Positions 37,699 to 48,965 of a DNA stretch of 64,000 nt are shown in pieces (the first letter of the stretch is position 1; each line of letters opens with the position of its first letter). The DNA is taken from assembly GCA_041659765.1 (NCBI GenBank), contig JBAZXR010000001.1, positions 659,338 to 723,337 on the forward strand, in the 5' to 3' direction. Position numbers and translations under genes: made by a program. A model generated the notes under the pieces. The model had not been told where the DNA came from. It saw nothing but the letters and a program-made list of their open reading frames with translations, and ran no database searches. This DNA is from Patescibacteria group bacterium (lineage in GTDB: Bacteria; Patescibacteriota; Patescibacteriia; UBA9934).

Positions 37699-38588
37699 AA
37701 AAGAGTCTGTTTAATGCCTTTCTTAAGTCCGGTCTTTGGCTTCCAAGCGAAAGTTTTCTTGAGCAAGCTATTTTTAAGTGACATACGTGCTACCGCGTCC
37801 CTAACTTCTGGTCTCCGTACAGCCTGAACATCAGACTTGGCTAAGTCCTTAACCAGATTAAACAGATCGCTCGTGGAAGTTTCTTTGCCTGTGCCCACGT
37901 TGAACACGCCGGACACGTTGCCCTCGCCGGCTTTAACTAAAGCCGAGACCACATCACCCACAAAGACATAGTCACGCGTAGTGGTACCGTCACCATTAAC
38001 AAAGGGCGCTTCATGAGCTAAAAGTTTAGCAGTGAAGATAGCTATCGCTCCAGATTCTTTGCTGCCATCTTGGCGCGGGCCGTAGACGTTAGCGAACCGC
38101 AAAGCCACCGTCACCATTTGGTGTTCAGTGGTGTATGAGTCTAAATATTTTTCGCCGGTTAATTTAGAAATACCGTATGGGGTGCGAGGCCGTGGCGTAT
38201 TTTTTTCGGTAATTGGCACCTTCTCCTGTACGCCGTAAACAGCACAGCTAGAGGCAAAAATAATCTTCTTCGCCCCGGCACGTTTGGCACTCTCAAAAAC
38301 GTTAATTGAACCTAAAACATTATGATCCGCGTTCATGACGGGATCATTCACGCTGGCTCGGTCATCAATATGCGCCGCTAAGTGAAAAACAACTTCCGGC
38401 GAAATGTTCTTCACTATGCTCTCAAGATCCTTGTCCCGAATATCCTTGAGTACATATTGTGCCCGGCTGTTCTTTCTGTCCCCCGGCTCGGCCCAATCAA
38501 TCACCGTTACCTCATGACCACCCTCAATAAGCGCATCAACGAGATGTGAACCAATAAATCCCGAGCCACCAGTTACGATTGTGCGCAT
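37659..38588 (-). CDS. NAD-dependent epimerase/dehydratase (GalE-like)
   Basis: TGGSGFIGSH, YGISK, RFANVYGP, RDYVFV. Confidence 0.92.
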   Translation of the reverse strand: MRTIVTGGSGFIGSHLVDALIEGGHEVTVIDWAEPGDRKNSRAQYVLKDIRDKDLESIVKNISPEVVFHLAAHIDDRASVNDPVMNADHNVLGSINVFESAKRAGAKKIIFASSCAVYGVQEKVPITEKNTPRPRTPYGISKLTGEKYLDSYTTEHQMVTVALRFANVYGPRQDGSKESGAIAIFTAKLLAHEAPFVNGDGTTTRDYVFVGDVVSALVKAGEGNVSGVFNVGTGKETSTSDLFNLVKDLAKSDVQAVRRPEVRDAVARMSLKNSLLKKTFAWKPKTGLKKGIKQTLLWYSRKNRTASIS

Positions 38589-38600
38589 ATTTATTACGTT

Positions 38601-39710
38601 CTACTTTCTACCTTCTACTGATTTTCTCAGATACGCCTCCATAAACATCTTCAGTTCGCCGTTCAAGACACTCTCAGCCTCCACCGTTTCAATATCCGTC
38701 CGATGATCCTTCACCATTTTATACGGATGCAGAACGTAGGAGCGAATCTGGTTTCCCCAGGCAGCCGTCTTGTGCTCGCCCTTCACGTCCGAGAGTTTTG
38801 TTGCTCTAGCCTCCACCATGAGCTTATACAGGCGAGACTTGAGCACTTTCATGGCTGTATCTCGGTTCTGCAGCTGTGAACGTTCGTTCTGACAGGTAAC
38901 GACGGTGTTCGTCGGAATGTGCGTGATACGCACGGCCGAGTAGGTAGTGTTCACACTCTGTCCACCCTTTCCGCCGGCCATGAACGTATCGATTCGCAAA
39001 TCCTCGGGATCAAGCTCAATAGCCTTTTCGTCGACTTCACCGAACTCGGGAAGTACTTCGACCAAAGCAAAGGTAGTATGCCTCATTTTTTCAGCATCAA
39101 AAGGAGAAATGCGCACTAAGCGGTGCACGCCATGTTCGCTGCGGAGCCAGCCGTAAGCAAATCTGCCATGAATAGCGATCGTAATGCTCTTGAATCCCGC
39201 TTCTTCACCACGTGATTCATCGAGAACCTCCACCGTCCAGCCGTGTGCCTCAGCAAACTTGGAATACATGCGCAAAAGCATGGCGACCCAATCGTTCGCA
39301 TCCGTTCCTCCTGCGCCAGCATGGAACGACAAGATGGCATTACGGGTATCGAACTCCCCCGACAGCAACATCTGAAACTCCATCTCCGAGAATTGCTTTT
39401 CAAGTTTTTCGAGTGTCTCATCCGCGGACTTCTTCATTGACTCGTCCCCTTCTGCTTCATTCAATTTCACGAGTTCGTCGAGCTCGGTCAAGTCTTTCTT
39501 AAAACCGTCCCACAGTTCCAGCTCCTTCTTCAGTTCGCTCCCCTCCTGCGAAATAGTGCGAGCCTGTTTCTGGTCATTCCAAAAACTCGCCTCGCCCATA
39601 ATTCCCTCAATCTCTGCCGACCGCGCTCTCGTTTCTTCGAGTCGCAAAGCATCCCAGGCCTGTTGCAGCCGTTCTTCGAGCGCAGAAATGCGGTTATCCA
39701 AGTGGGACAT
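38601..39710 (-). CDS. prfB: peptide chain release factor 2 (uninterrupted ORF)
   Basis: SPF anticodon mimic, GGQ, WGNQIRSYV. Confidence 0.96.
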   Translation of the reverse strand: MSHLDNRISALEERLQQAWDALRLEETRARSAEIEGIMGEASFWNDQKQARTISQEGSELKKELELWDGFKKDLTELDELVKLNEAEGDESMKKSADETLEKLEKQFSEMEFQMLLSGEFDTRNAILSFHAGAGGTDANDWVAMLLRMYSKFAEAHGWTVEVLDESRGEEAGFKSITIAIHGRFAYGWLRSEHGVHRLVRISPFDAEKMRHTTFALVEVLPEFGEVDEKAIELDPEDLRIDTFMAGGKGGQSVNTTYSAVRITHIPTNTVVTCQNERSQLQNRDTAMKVLKSRLYKLMVEARATKLSDVKGEHKTAAWGNQIRSYVLHPYKMVKDHRTDIETVEAESVLNGELKMFMEAYLRKSVEGRK

Positions 39711-39720
39711 GCCCCACAGC

Positions 39721-40128
39721 TTAAGCTAGCGCGGTCTTTTGTTCAAGCTTAACAATGCGTGTTTCGTGTTCTTCTATTTGAGGAATAATTCCGATATCTA
39801 CGAGATTAGAGACATTCTCGATTATTCGCTTCTCCATCGCTTCCGCTTTCGCGTCCTGTCTGTTTTCTGAAGCGTGAATCTCGGATCGCATTTGATCTAC
39901 GATAAGCTTCCCCTCCTCATGAACAGCCTCAACAATCAACTCCTTAAAATCATGTTTTAGTTCACTTTTAATTTCCTCTTTGTTCTGCTTAAATCGAGCG
40001 TCAAGGATTTCAATAGTCTCCTCTTTGTTCTGTTTGAACCGAGCATCCAAAAGTTCAACGGTTTCTTCCTTGCTCTGTTTGAACCGCGCGTCGAGGATTT
40101 CAATGAATTCCTGTTTGGAGAGTTCCAT
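39721..40128 (-). CDS. coiled-coil protein with 3 tandem 15-aa repeats
   Basis: E(I/L)LDARFKQ(S/N)KEE x3 (45-bp units). Confidence 0.75.
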   Translation of the reverse strand: MELSKQEFIEILDARFKQSKEETVELLDARFKQNKEETIEILDARFKQNKEEIKSELKHDFKELIVEAVHEEGKLIVDQMRSEIHASENRQDAKAEAMEKRIIENVSNLVDIGIIPQIEEHETRIVKLEQKTALA

Positions 40129-40212
40129 ATATTCTTATTACACCATACTTTTTTCCAAAAATAAACGCCCTCAACGCCTGGTGGCTATGAAGGCGAAACG
40201 AGTGAAAAGTCG

Positions 40213-40455
40213 TCACGTGAACCAGTTGGATGCTCGCGCTACCTCGTCCCTTTTAACCTTAAGCAGGATCTGCCGATACCGCTCCTCACCCCAACGCTGC
40301 AGCCGCCGATCGATTTCGTCTTCGTCTGAGGATCCACCCTGAGCCTCGCGCTCAGTCATCGGGCCAAGCTGTAGGATTAGAATCTCCTCTTCAGTGAGTC
40401 CGGTGTCAGTCATGAAATCCCAAATCGCCCCAAGAAATGCAGACAACAAAAGCAC
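40213..40455 (-). CDS. small hypothetical protein
   Basis: GGGAG directly upstream of GTG; start uncertain. Confidence 0.4.
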   Translation of the reverse strand: MLLLSAFLGAIWDFMTDTGLTEEEILILQLGPMTEREAQGGSSDEDEIDRRLQRWGEERYRQILLKVKRDEVARASNWFT

Positions 40456-40573
40456 CTCCCGATCAGGAGAGTGCGTTAGGGATAGACTTTTGTCAACGAA
40501 AAAGACGAGGCCTGCGCCCCGTCCATTTCTGAATCCAATAGCTCTACCTCTACACCCTTCCTAGCGTCAGGGT

Positions 40574-42208
<1,635 letters not shown>

Positions 42209-42276
42209 TTAAAGTGTTAAAGCGTAAAGTATTAAAGCCATCCCGAAACTTTAATACTTTAAAACTTTACGTTTTA
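42209..42276. repeat. inverted array of 7-8-nt TAAAG/CTTTA units between groES and groEL
   Basis: ttaaagtg-ttaaagcg-taaagta-ttaaag ... ctttaata-ctttaaaa-ctttacg. Confidence 0.75.
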
Positions 42277-42279
42277 CTC

Positions 42280-42582
42280 TTATTCGATCACCGCAATCAA
42301 ATCATCAGCAGATACAACGAGCAGCTTCTTCTTCATCCCGTTCTCTTCAATTTCTACTTCTTCCTTTCCCCACTTCTTAAAAAGCACCTGGGCACCGACG
42401 ACGAGGTCGATTGCTTGGCGAGCACCGTGATCTGTCAGCTTGCCGGGACCAATAGCGATCACCGTGCCGCGATCGGACTGCTCCTTCTCAGCCGTGTCCG
42501 GAATGATGATGCCGGAAGCGGTCTTAGTTTCCTTAAGAGCTGGCTCAACAATCACGTGATTCCCGAGAGGTCGCAATTTCAT
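42280..42582 (-). CDS. groS: co-chaperonin GroES
   Basis: MKLRPLGNHV, TASGIIIPDTAEKE, GPG. Confidence 0.96.
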   Translation of the reverse strand: MKLRPLGNHVIVEPALKETKTASGIIIPDTAEKEQSDRGTVIAIGPGKLTDHGARQAIDLVVGAQVLFKKWGKEEVEIEENGMKKKLLVVSADDLIAVIE

Positions 42583-42617
42583 AGTTTGGTAAATAAATAC
42601 GAAGCGATTTTGCTCTG

Positions 42618-42644
42618 TTAGCAGTCCAATGTCAAGTCTGCCAA
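42618..42644 (-). promoter_or_regulatory. CIRCE (HrcA operator) overlapping groESL -35
   Basis: TTGGCAGAC-N9-GACTGCTAA versus consensus TTAGCACTC-N9-GAGTGCTAA; spacer contains TTGACA, 17 nt before CAAAAT. Confidence 0.75.
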
Positions 42645-42684
42645 ATTGAAAAAGAAAAACCCTCTGAGCTCGGCGCAAAGAGGG

Positions 42685-43089
42685 TCACGGAGTCACGCGA
42701 GTGAAGGCACAGAACGATCTCTGTTTGAGCACCTTTCGGCCAATGTCTGAGTCTTCCTCCCAACGGAGATCGCCCTCACCCAGCACTACCTGGCCCAACT
42801 CTTTGACCAGAAAGGCTAACGGGTCAGCTCCGTCAAACACGCTCTCCACTGAAGCCGGCAACTTCAGAGGATATCTATACTCACCCTCGGCCGTACTCAT
42901 CCACAGTCGCTTCCAGTTCGGCTGAAGCAGTCCCATGGCTACGTCACGAAATGAATCGGTGCGAATCCTTTTTGGACCCGGCAATCGCTTCACTCCCCAA
43001 AAAAGATGGTTCCGACCATCAATCACTAACCTATCCCCAGGCCCGAGCGGCACCGGCAACCACATGCCATCCTTATGTAAAAAATACAT
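42685..43089 (-). CDS. hypothetical protein
   Basis: GGGGGAG RBS before ATG, 134 aa. Confidence 0.55.
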   Translation of the reverse strand: MYFLHKDGMWLPVPLGPGDRLVIDGRNHLFWGVKRLPGPKRIRTDSFRDVAMGLLQPNWKRLWMSTAEGEYRYPLKLPASVESVFDGADPLAFLVKELGQVVLGEGDLRWEEDSDIGRKVLKQRSFCAFTRVTP

Positions 43090-43146
43090 AGCTCCCCCAA
43101 ACGGAGCTTAACGGAAACGTGCTTTTTCGGCAAAGACTAAAGCACT

Positions 43147-44466
43147 TTAACTAACGTCCGTATGCTCTGGCTCGCCCATTCTGACTGTTAAGGCCATGAC
43201 AAACGCAATGAGCGCGAGGCCGGACCAGGAGGACCAGATGTAGTGATCGAAGAAGAGAATGACGAGGACCACGTTGCCCATGGCAAAAGCGGAGACGGCG
43301 TCACGCTTTGGGAAGCGAGCGAAGTTCATTTTATCGATAGTCGTCTGCCAAACGATGATCAAGATACAGCCGATTATGCCGACGTCGAAGAATACGAGGA
43401 GAGGCATGGAGTGAACGGGCTGGTAAGCAAAGACGTCACGGCCAGGGAAGATTTTGGCCACTTCAAATGTGTAGGTTCCAACCCCGTGACCAACGAGCAC
43501 CTGAAGTGGTGAAGATTTCTTTTCGACGTTGCCGAACTCAACATACTGTGCCGCGCGTTCCTCGATCGATCTCGTCTCATTTACTCCCCCGCCACGCGTA
43601 TCAGCGGCAACCCCTGGAGCAAAGATCGTTAACCCGAGTGCTCCGCCGATAACGAACACGGCGATAGGGATGACGGCGATTCTGGCAGCCGCGACACTCT
43701 TCATCCGCACGACGAGGAGCGACAAGCCCGTCCCGAGAGCGAGGCCAAGCGCTGCGGAGCGCGACGCTGTCAGAAAAAGACCGAGAAGCAGGATGATGGC
43801 CAGAGCCGCGTAAGCGTACCGATAACGGAGCGATCGGGCATGATACCAAAGTGTCCCCGCGGCCACAGTCCCAACCGCCAGGTATCCGCCAAAGACGTTG
43901 GGGTGGGAAAAACTGCCGTATGCCCGGAGCATTCTCGACCCGTCCGCGAGAGATATAACCGAGTCGCCCAGGTGGTCAGCGTTACGGGTAGCAAGTCCAA
44001 AAATAGAACTTGAGGCCGAGTAGCCCGTAAGAACCTGGATAGCCCCAAGGATTAGTGGCAGGACCAGGCCAGAAGCTAAACCGAGAAGTACTTTCTTAAG
44101 CTCGACCCTAGGATCAAGCAGCGCTAAGAAGAACACCAACGCACCGCCAACATGAATAAACTGCGCGAGCGACAAAGACAAACGCGTCGAAAATAATACG
44201 CTCACAAGTGCAGCCCCGATCAAAATGAGGGCCCGGATAGCCGGCGGACGATTTTCTTGGCGTAATTTTGGAAAACCGAGCCAGGTGTAACCAACCGCAA
44301 GGCCAACGACGAGCAAGAGCTCGGTGGCGTACACGCTCATGATGCCGTACTCGCCTACCAGGTTGCCGATCGGTGCGGCACCAAAGATATAACGCGTTTG
44401 CCAGGGCAAAAGGAAAGCAAAAACCGTTATCAGGAGAGTGAAGTAGTGGGCTTTGGTTATTTTCAT
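43147..44466 (-). CDS. O-antigen ligase/Wzy_C family membrane protein
   Basis: RAYGSFSHPNVFGGYL, TASRSA, GHGVGTY, PVHS. Confidence 0.88.
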   Translation of the reverse strand: MKITKAHYFTLLITVFAFLLPWQTRYIFGAAPIGNLVGEYGIMSVYATELLLVVGLAVGYTWLGFPKLRQENRPPAIRALILIGAALVSVLFSTRLSLSLAQFIHVGGALVFFLALLDPRVELKKVLLGLASGLVLPLILGAIQVLTGYSASSSIFGLATRNADHLGDSVISLADGSRMLRAYGSFSHPNVFGGYLAVGTVAAGTLWYHARSLRYRYAYAALAIILLLGLFLTASRSAALGLALGTGLSLLVVRMKSVAAARIAVIPIAVFVIGGALGLTIFAPGVAADTRGGGVNETRSIEERAAQYVEFGNVEKKSSPLQVLVGHGVGTYTFEVAKIFPGRDVFAYQPVHSMPLLVFFDVGIIGCILIIVWQTTIDKMNFARFPKRDAVSAFAMGNVVLVILFFDHYIWSSWSGLALIAFVMALTVRMGEPEHTDVS

Positions 44467-45362
44467 ATGAGGGCATTCATTCGCTCGTCAAGGGCGAGTT
44501 TAATTTCTTCGCGGCTATCTCTATCATGAAACTTGAGCATGTCATCCGTAACAATGACTCGAGTATCTATGTTCATCATAGCCCTCATGTGTCTTGGCAA
44601 ACGGTCTTCCTGTACTTTTTTCAACAGTTTTTCCGACAAAACACTAGGCAGAGATAGTCTACGTTCATTAACCCGGAAAGCGCGAGCCCGCTTCACTCCA
44701 TGCGCGTTTGGCAAGTACTCGCCAACCCAGCGGTTGTCCTCATGGAATTGCCTCTGCCAGAGAGATCGATCAAAAAGCGGCATGAGGGTCATAGACCAGA
44801 AGGCTAAATACGGATCCTGCTCGCCAATGCGTACGTCAGCTAGCTTAAGAGCTGATTGTGAGGCAAAAAAACTCAAACAAATTGGATCCGTCTTAGCTTC
44901 GCCAGGACGCCGTCGAAATAAAATCAATGGTACGGCTGCTAAAAATCTAGCTGTCCAAGTCTGGCCGGGCTTAGTAATAATAAATAAATCAATGTCACTC
45001 TCATTCGTGGTGTGGTGAAAAGCGAGCGAGTTACAGACGGCTACCCCCTGGATCGCCGGCAGACGAGAAAGGTACGCCAGATACTTAGATACTGTAGCGT
45101 ACTTCTGCAAAGCATTCACCAGCCGGCGGGAGCGATCATTGATCTGTGAGGTAACATCTCCGAAGCCTAAAAAACCGGAAGCTCGAGATAGTTTTTTCTC
45201 AAGAAACTCAGAAGTTTGGAGTGCCTCAAGCACTTCGCGGTATGAATACGGCAAGGTTGGATTAAGCAGCCACTTCCAAAGTTCAAAAGCAGTCAACGGA
45301 TACGAAAAGTAGGAAAAATAAGCGGTTGTCCGCAGGATAGACGTTTCAAGGTCACTTCCCAT
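44463..45362 (-). CDS. nucleotidyltransferase-fold protein
   Basis: CNSLA...SDIDLFII (GS/DxD-like), N-terminal FSYPLT.FE. Confidence 0.7.
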   Translation of the reverse strand: MGSDLETSILRTTAYFSYFSYPLTAFELWKWLLNPTLPYSYREVLEALQTSEFLEKKLSRASGFLGFGDVTSQINDRSRRLVNALQKYATVSKYLAYLSRLPAIQGVAVCNSLAFHHTTNESDIDLFIITKPGQTWTARFLAAVPLILFRRRPGEAKTDPICLSFFASQSALKLADVRIGEQDPYLAFWSMTLMPLFDRSLWQRQFHEDNRWVGEYLPNAHGVKRARAFRVNERRLSLPSVLSEKLLKKVQEDRLPRHMRAMMNIDTRVIVTDDMLKFHDRDSREEIKLALDERMNALI

Positions 45363-46380
45363 AACGTCTCGTCACCAGCCTCTCACTATGAATGATGGCG
45401 TAGGTCACACCTATACCAATGAACACAAAATCTCGCATGCGGATTATAACCGTATAGGCGACAGCGTTTATAGGCAAACCAAGGACCGAGAACATCGCCT
45501 CATTACTTCCTTCATAAACACCGAGTCCAGCGGGAACTGGCAGGAGGAGCGAAACACCAGGCAGGGTACTCATCAGGAACGCATCGGACAACTTAACGTT
45601 TACGCCCAAGAAATGAGCAATGTAAATCGCTTCAACCGCCTTAAACATGGCCATGATGAAAGAAAGACCCACGACTGTAGCTACAACTTTTAATCGCCCA
45701 ACGAAAAATTCGCTCATCAGCGCTTCCGTCTCAATCAACCAATGCTCTAGATTGTTAATGGTCTTAATACGGCTAAGTTGCGAGACCCTCATGAGCTTGT
45801 GAAAAAAACCGCCGCCCCGAATAGTCATTACAAAAAAACCAATTAAGATAATCAACAGGGCAGAAATAAAAATAATCGAACCAGTCACGCCGCTGCTATT
45901 CGCCAAGCCATGAGTCAGCGCAAAACCTAGACCGAGGGCCACGTAAATCACGAATGTTGTCACTTCAAAAGCAAGATCGAGCACAACCGAACCAGTTGCC
46001 ACTTTTCCTGACACGCCGTCGGCCAACAGCATAGCTACACGGATAGGTTCGCCAGCCACCTGAGCGCCAGGCGTCAGATAACCAGCCGCAAAACCGCTCA
46101 TACGATTCATAAACATCTTGCCATAGGAAACCCGCTCCCCTTTTGGCAACATCGCGTCTAAAATAATCTTCCAACGCAATGAATAAAGACTAAAATTCAA
46201 AATAGAAATACCGAAATAAAGCAGGAGAGGCAGGATACCGAAGGCCAGCAAGCTATCTATCACGTTAGAGATTCCAGTGCGCCACAAAAGAAAAAAGAAA
46301 AGCCCGCCACCGGCCAAAAGCCCAAGGATGAAGAGTACTGTTTTGAAGATTTTTCGTTTAACCGCCATAGACAGAGGCAT
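45352..46380 (-). CDS. lysylphosphatidylglycerol synthase TM / UPF0104 flippase-like protein
   Basis: LRWK, YLTPGAQVAGEPIR, PAGLGVYE, R near last TM. Confidence 0.85.
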   Translation of the reverse strand: MPLSMAVKRKIFKTVLFILGLLAGGGLFFFLLWRTGISNVIDSLLAFGILPLLLYFGISILNFSLYSLRWKIILDAMLPKGERVSYGKMFMNRMSGFAAGYLTPGAQVAGEPIRVAMLLADGVSGKVATGSVVLDLAFEVTTFVIYVALGLGFALTHGLANSSGVTGSIIFISALLIILIGFFVMTIRGGGFFHKLMRVSQLSRIKTINNLEHWLIETEALMSEFFVGRLKVVATVVGLSFIMAMFKAVEAIYIAHFLGVNVKLSDAFLMSTLPGVSLLLPVPAGLGVYEGSNEAMFSVLGLPINAVAYTVIIRMRDFVFIGIGVTYAIIHSERLVTRRYGK

Positions 46381-46428
46381 TCTAACACAAATCCCCCGAA
46401 GCAGATGAGCCTCGGGGGATGTCTGTGA

Positions 46429-47211
46429 TTAGGTTTTGGGCGGAGCCGGCAGGACCTCCACCACCGGACCGCTCGGAGCGGGCGGTTTCAGGAAAAACTC
46501 GTAGATTCCGTAGGTAATGAGGGCGCTCACAAAGATATAGAGCGTCGTGCCGCCTGGAAGCGTGGTCACGCCCATGATCAACATCATAATAGGGAGCATG
46601 ATCAGAGTCATTCGGTTCATCGTGGCCGTCATGTCCTCGTCCATGGCCTGCGAACCTTCTGGGCCCTGAAGCACGGCCTTGGGCGGTCGCTTGCCTACCA
46701 TCTGCCTGGCCTGCAGGTACTGCATGGCGGCGGACAAGATACCAAGCGGAATAGAAACCACACTCAGGTTCATGCCAAGGAACATGTGGCTGATCACACC
46801 CGGATCACGGACGAATGGGTAGAGTATGCCTACATCGACCGTCTTCATGCCTGCGGAAAGCACATGAAAGAGTGAAATAAAAACCACAAGCTGAATTATG
46901 GTCGGCAAGCATGACGCAAACGGATTCACGTTATGCAGCTTATAGACACCCATGAGCTCCTTGGCCATGTCTTCCTGGTTCGGCTTGCCCTTGTATTTAG
47001 CTTTGATAGCTTCAATCTTCGGCTGAATCTCCTGCAGCTCCTTTTGGGCACGCATCGACTTATACGTGAGCGGCATGGTCGCCAGGCGCACAACAATCGT
47101 CATGATAATGATACCGAGTCCAAGCCCGCCCCACGGCGCAACGCCGTAGATAAAGATGAGCAGGTTATAGAGCGGCTGGTAAAGAACTGCCGTGAAGATT
47201 TCGCCGATCAT
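46429..47211 (-). CDS. yidC: membrane protein insertase YidC (short form)
   Basis: YQPLYN, TIVVRL, QP.IE.IK.KY, NPFASCLP.IIQL. Confidence 0.92.
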   Translation of the reverse strand: MIGEIFTAVLYQPLYNLLIFIYGVAPWGGLGLGIIIMTIVVRLATMPLTYKSMRAQKELQEIQPKIEAIKAKYKGKPNQEDMAKELMGVYKLHNVNPFASCLPTIIQLVVFISLFHVLSAGMKTVDVGILYPFVRDPGVISHMFLGMNLSVVSIPLGILSAAMQYLQARQMVGKRPPKAVLQGPEGSQAMDEDMTATMNRMTLIMLPIMMLIMGVTTLPGGTTLYIFVSALITYGIYEFFLKPPAPSGPVVEVLPAPPKT

Positions 47212-47213
47212 AG

Positions 47214-48461
47214 TTATTCAACGTTGGGGGTCTCTACTCCTTCCGGGGCTCCCTCAACTGGCACCTCGCCCTCGGGGATGACGGGTGCAACGGGTGCGCC
47301 TTCTGGCGTGACTTCCTGGATGTTCACTTTCCAGCCGGTCAAACGGGCTGCAAGGCGAACGTTCTGTCCACCGCGGCCAATAGCGAGCGAGAGCTGTTCA
47401 GGAACCACCATAACGGTAGCGAGCTTCTCGTCATCATTCACCTGGACGCCCTGAATCTTGGCCGGGGCGAGTGACTGCTCAATGAACTTAGCAATATTCT
47501 CGCTCCACTCAATGATGTCAATCTTCTCTCCGGCGAGTTCCGCAATAATCGTCTGAATGCGGGTTCCGCGCTGACCAATACACGCGCCAATCGGATCAAT
47601 CTGCGCATCGCTAGAAGTCACCGCAATCTTGGTGCGAGCGCCAGCCTCACGAGCAATGGCCTTAATGATGACCGAACCTTCGGCGATTTCTGGGATTTCA
47701 ACCTCGAACAAGTATTTTACGAGAGCCTCGTGCGTACGGGAAAGGAGAATTTGTGGGCCACGGGGTCCAAGGGAGACTTCGCGAACGTAGACCTTCACGC
47801 GGTCGCCGGTGCGATAGCGATCCGTCATCATCTGGTCTTCTGGCTTCAAGATGCCCGCGGTGCGGCCAATGTCGACCAGGATAATGCGGCCCTCGCGACG
47901 CTGCACAGTGCCAACGATAACGGTCCCCTCAACACCCTTAAACTCGTTGAAAATAATTTCGCGTTCTGCCTCGCGCAACTTCTGCGTGATGACCTGTTTG
48001 GCAGTCATGGCAGCCATACGGCCGAATTCGCCAGGAATTGGCAGCTCGGTTCGCAATATGTCCCCTACTTTAGAACCGCTCTTCAAAATCTTGGACTCAG
48101 AAAGCATGACGTCCGTCTTCGGGTTGTACTTTGGTTTCTCTTCGGTCGAGACCTCTTCGATCGCTGGGGTATATTCGCCCAAAGCGCGGCGAGCTTCACG
48201 GGCAGCCGACTCCTCAGCTTCTTTCTTGCGAACCTCCTCAAGTTCTTCTTCCGAAATATCCTCAACCACCGTCTTCACGTCAAAAACACGAACTCCGCCC
48301 GTCTCCGGGTCAAACTCCGCTTCCAGGTTGTGATACTTATCGCCGAAATCCTTGCGGTACGCCGCGGCGAGTGCAGACTCGATCGTTTCAATAACCGATT
48401 CATAAGAAAGTCCTTTCTCCTCACAAATCTGTCTAATGGCTTGTTCTATTGGGCTGGACAT
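47214..48461 (-). CDS. nusA: transcription elongation factor NusA
   Basis: FGRMAAMTAKQV, AREAGARTKIAV, GACIG.RG, AIGRGGQNVRLA. Confidence 0.97.
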   Translation of the reverse strand: MSSPIEQAIRQICEEKGLSYESVIETIESALAAAYRKDFGDKYHNLEAEFDPETGGVRVFDVKTVVEDISEEELEEVRKKEAEESAAREARRALGEYTPAIEEVSTEEKPKYNPKTDVMLSESKILKSGSKVGDILRTELPIPGEFGRMAAMTAKQVITQKLREAEREIIFNEFKGVEGTVIVGTVQRREGRIILVDIGRTAGILKPEDQMMTDRYRTGDRVKVYVREVSLGPRGPQILLSRTHEALVKYLFEVEIPEIAEGSVIIKAIAREAGARTKIAVTSSDAQIDPIGACIGQRGTRIQTIIAELAGEKIDIIEWSENIAKFIEQSLAPAKIQGVQVNDDEKLATVMVVPEQLSLAIGRGGQNVRLAARLTGWKVNIQEVTPEGAPVAPVIPEGEVPVEGAPEGVETPNVE

Positions 48462-48526
48462 AGTCTATTTAAGCAACGAACCCGGCAATCAGCCGAGTTC
48501 TATGCAGAGATAATAGCATGAGTTTT

Positions 48527-48961
48527 CTAGGAGGGCAAATCGCTAGTGAAGTGCGACCGGAGTTGATCGGATTTTTGTTTCAACACCTCACGATCAAGTC
48601 TGGTACGAAGCGGGGTGCCTTCGGCGGCCACGTACAAATCTCGCAAGCTGTTTTTGCTCGGCAGGACGTGCGCGTGAAAATGTTCCTGACTCCGGTACTT
48701 CCAGCCGTTGATCATGCACATTGGCCCCTCGTCGCCATATAACTTCTCGACGATCGTCATGGCTTTGTCGCATGCAGAAAGAAACGCAGCTGCCTCGACC
48801 TGATTCAGGTCCGACATAGTTCTTGCGTGGCGCACCGGTAAAATCATAATATGGCCGTCTTTCACCGGCTCAATGTTCATCGCAATAAAAACATGTTCAT
48901 CCTCATAAAGGACTTGGGAATCCTTATGTGAATGCAAGACATCGCAGAGTACGCAGTCCAT
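48527..48961 (-). CDS. HIT family hydrolase
   Basis: MDCVLC, GHIMILP.RH, HFHAHVLP. Confidence 0.88.
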   Translation of the reverse strand: MDCVLCDVLHSHKDSQVLYEDEHVFIAMNIEPVKDGHIMILPVRHARTMSDLNQVEAAAFLSACDKAMTIVEKLYGDEGPMCMINGWKYRSQEHFHAHVLPSKNSLRDLYVAAEGTPLRTRLDREVLKQKSDQLRSHFTSDLPS

Positions 48962-48965
48962 AAAG

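Noticed and set aside
42209-42276. Possible CRISPR array
   Set aside because: Units are 7-8 nt with no unique spacers; no cas genes
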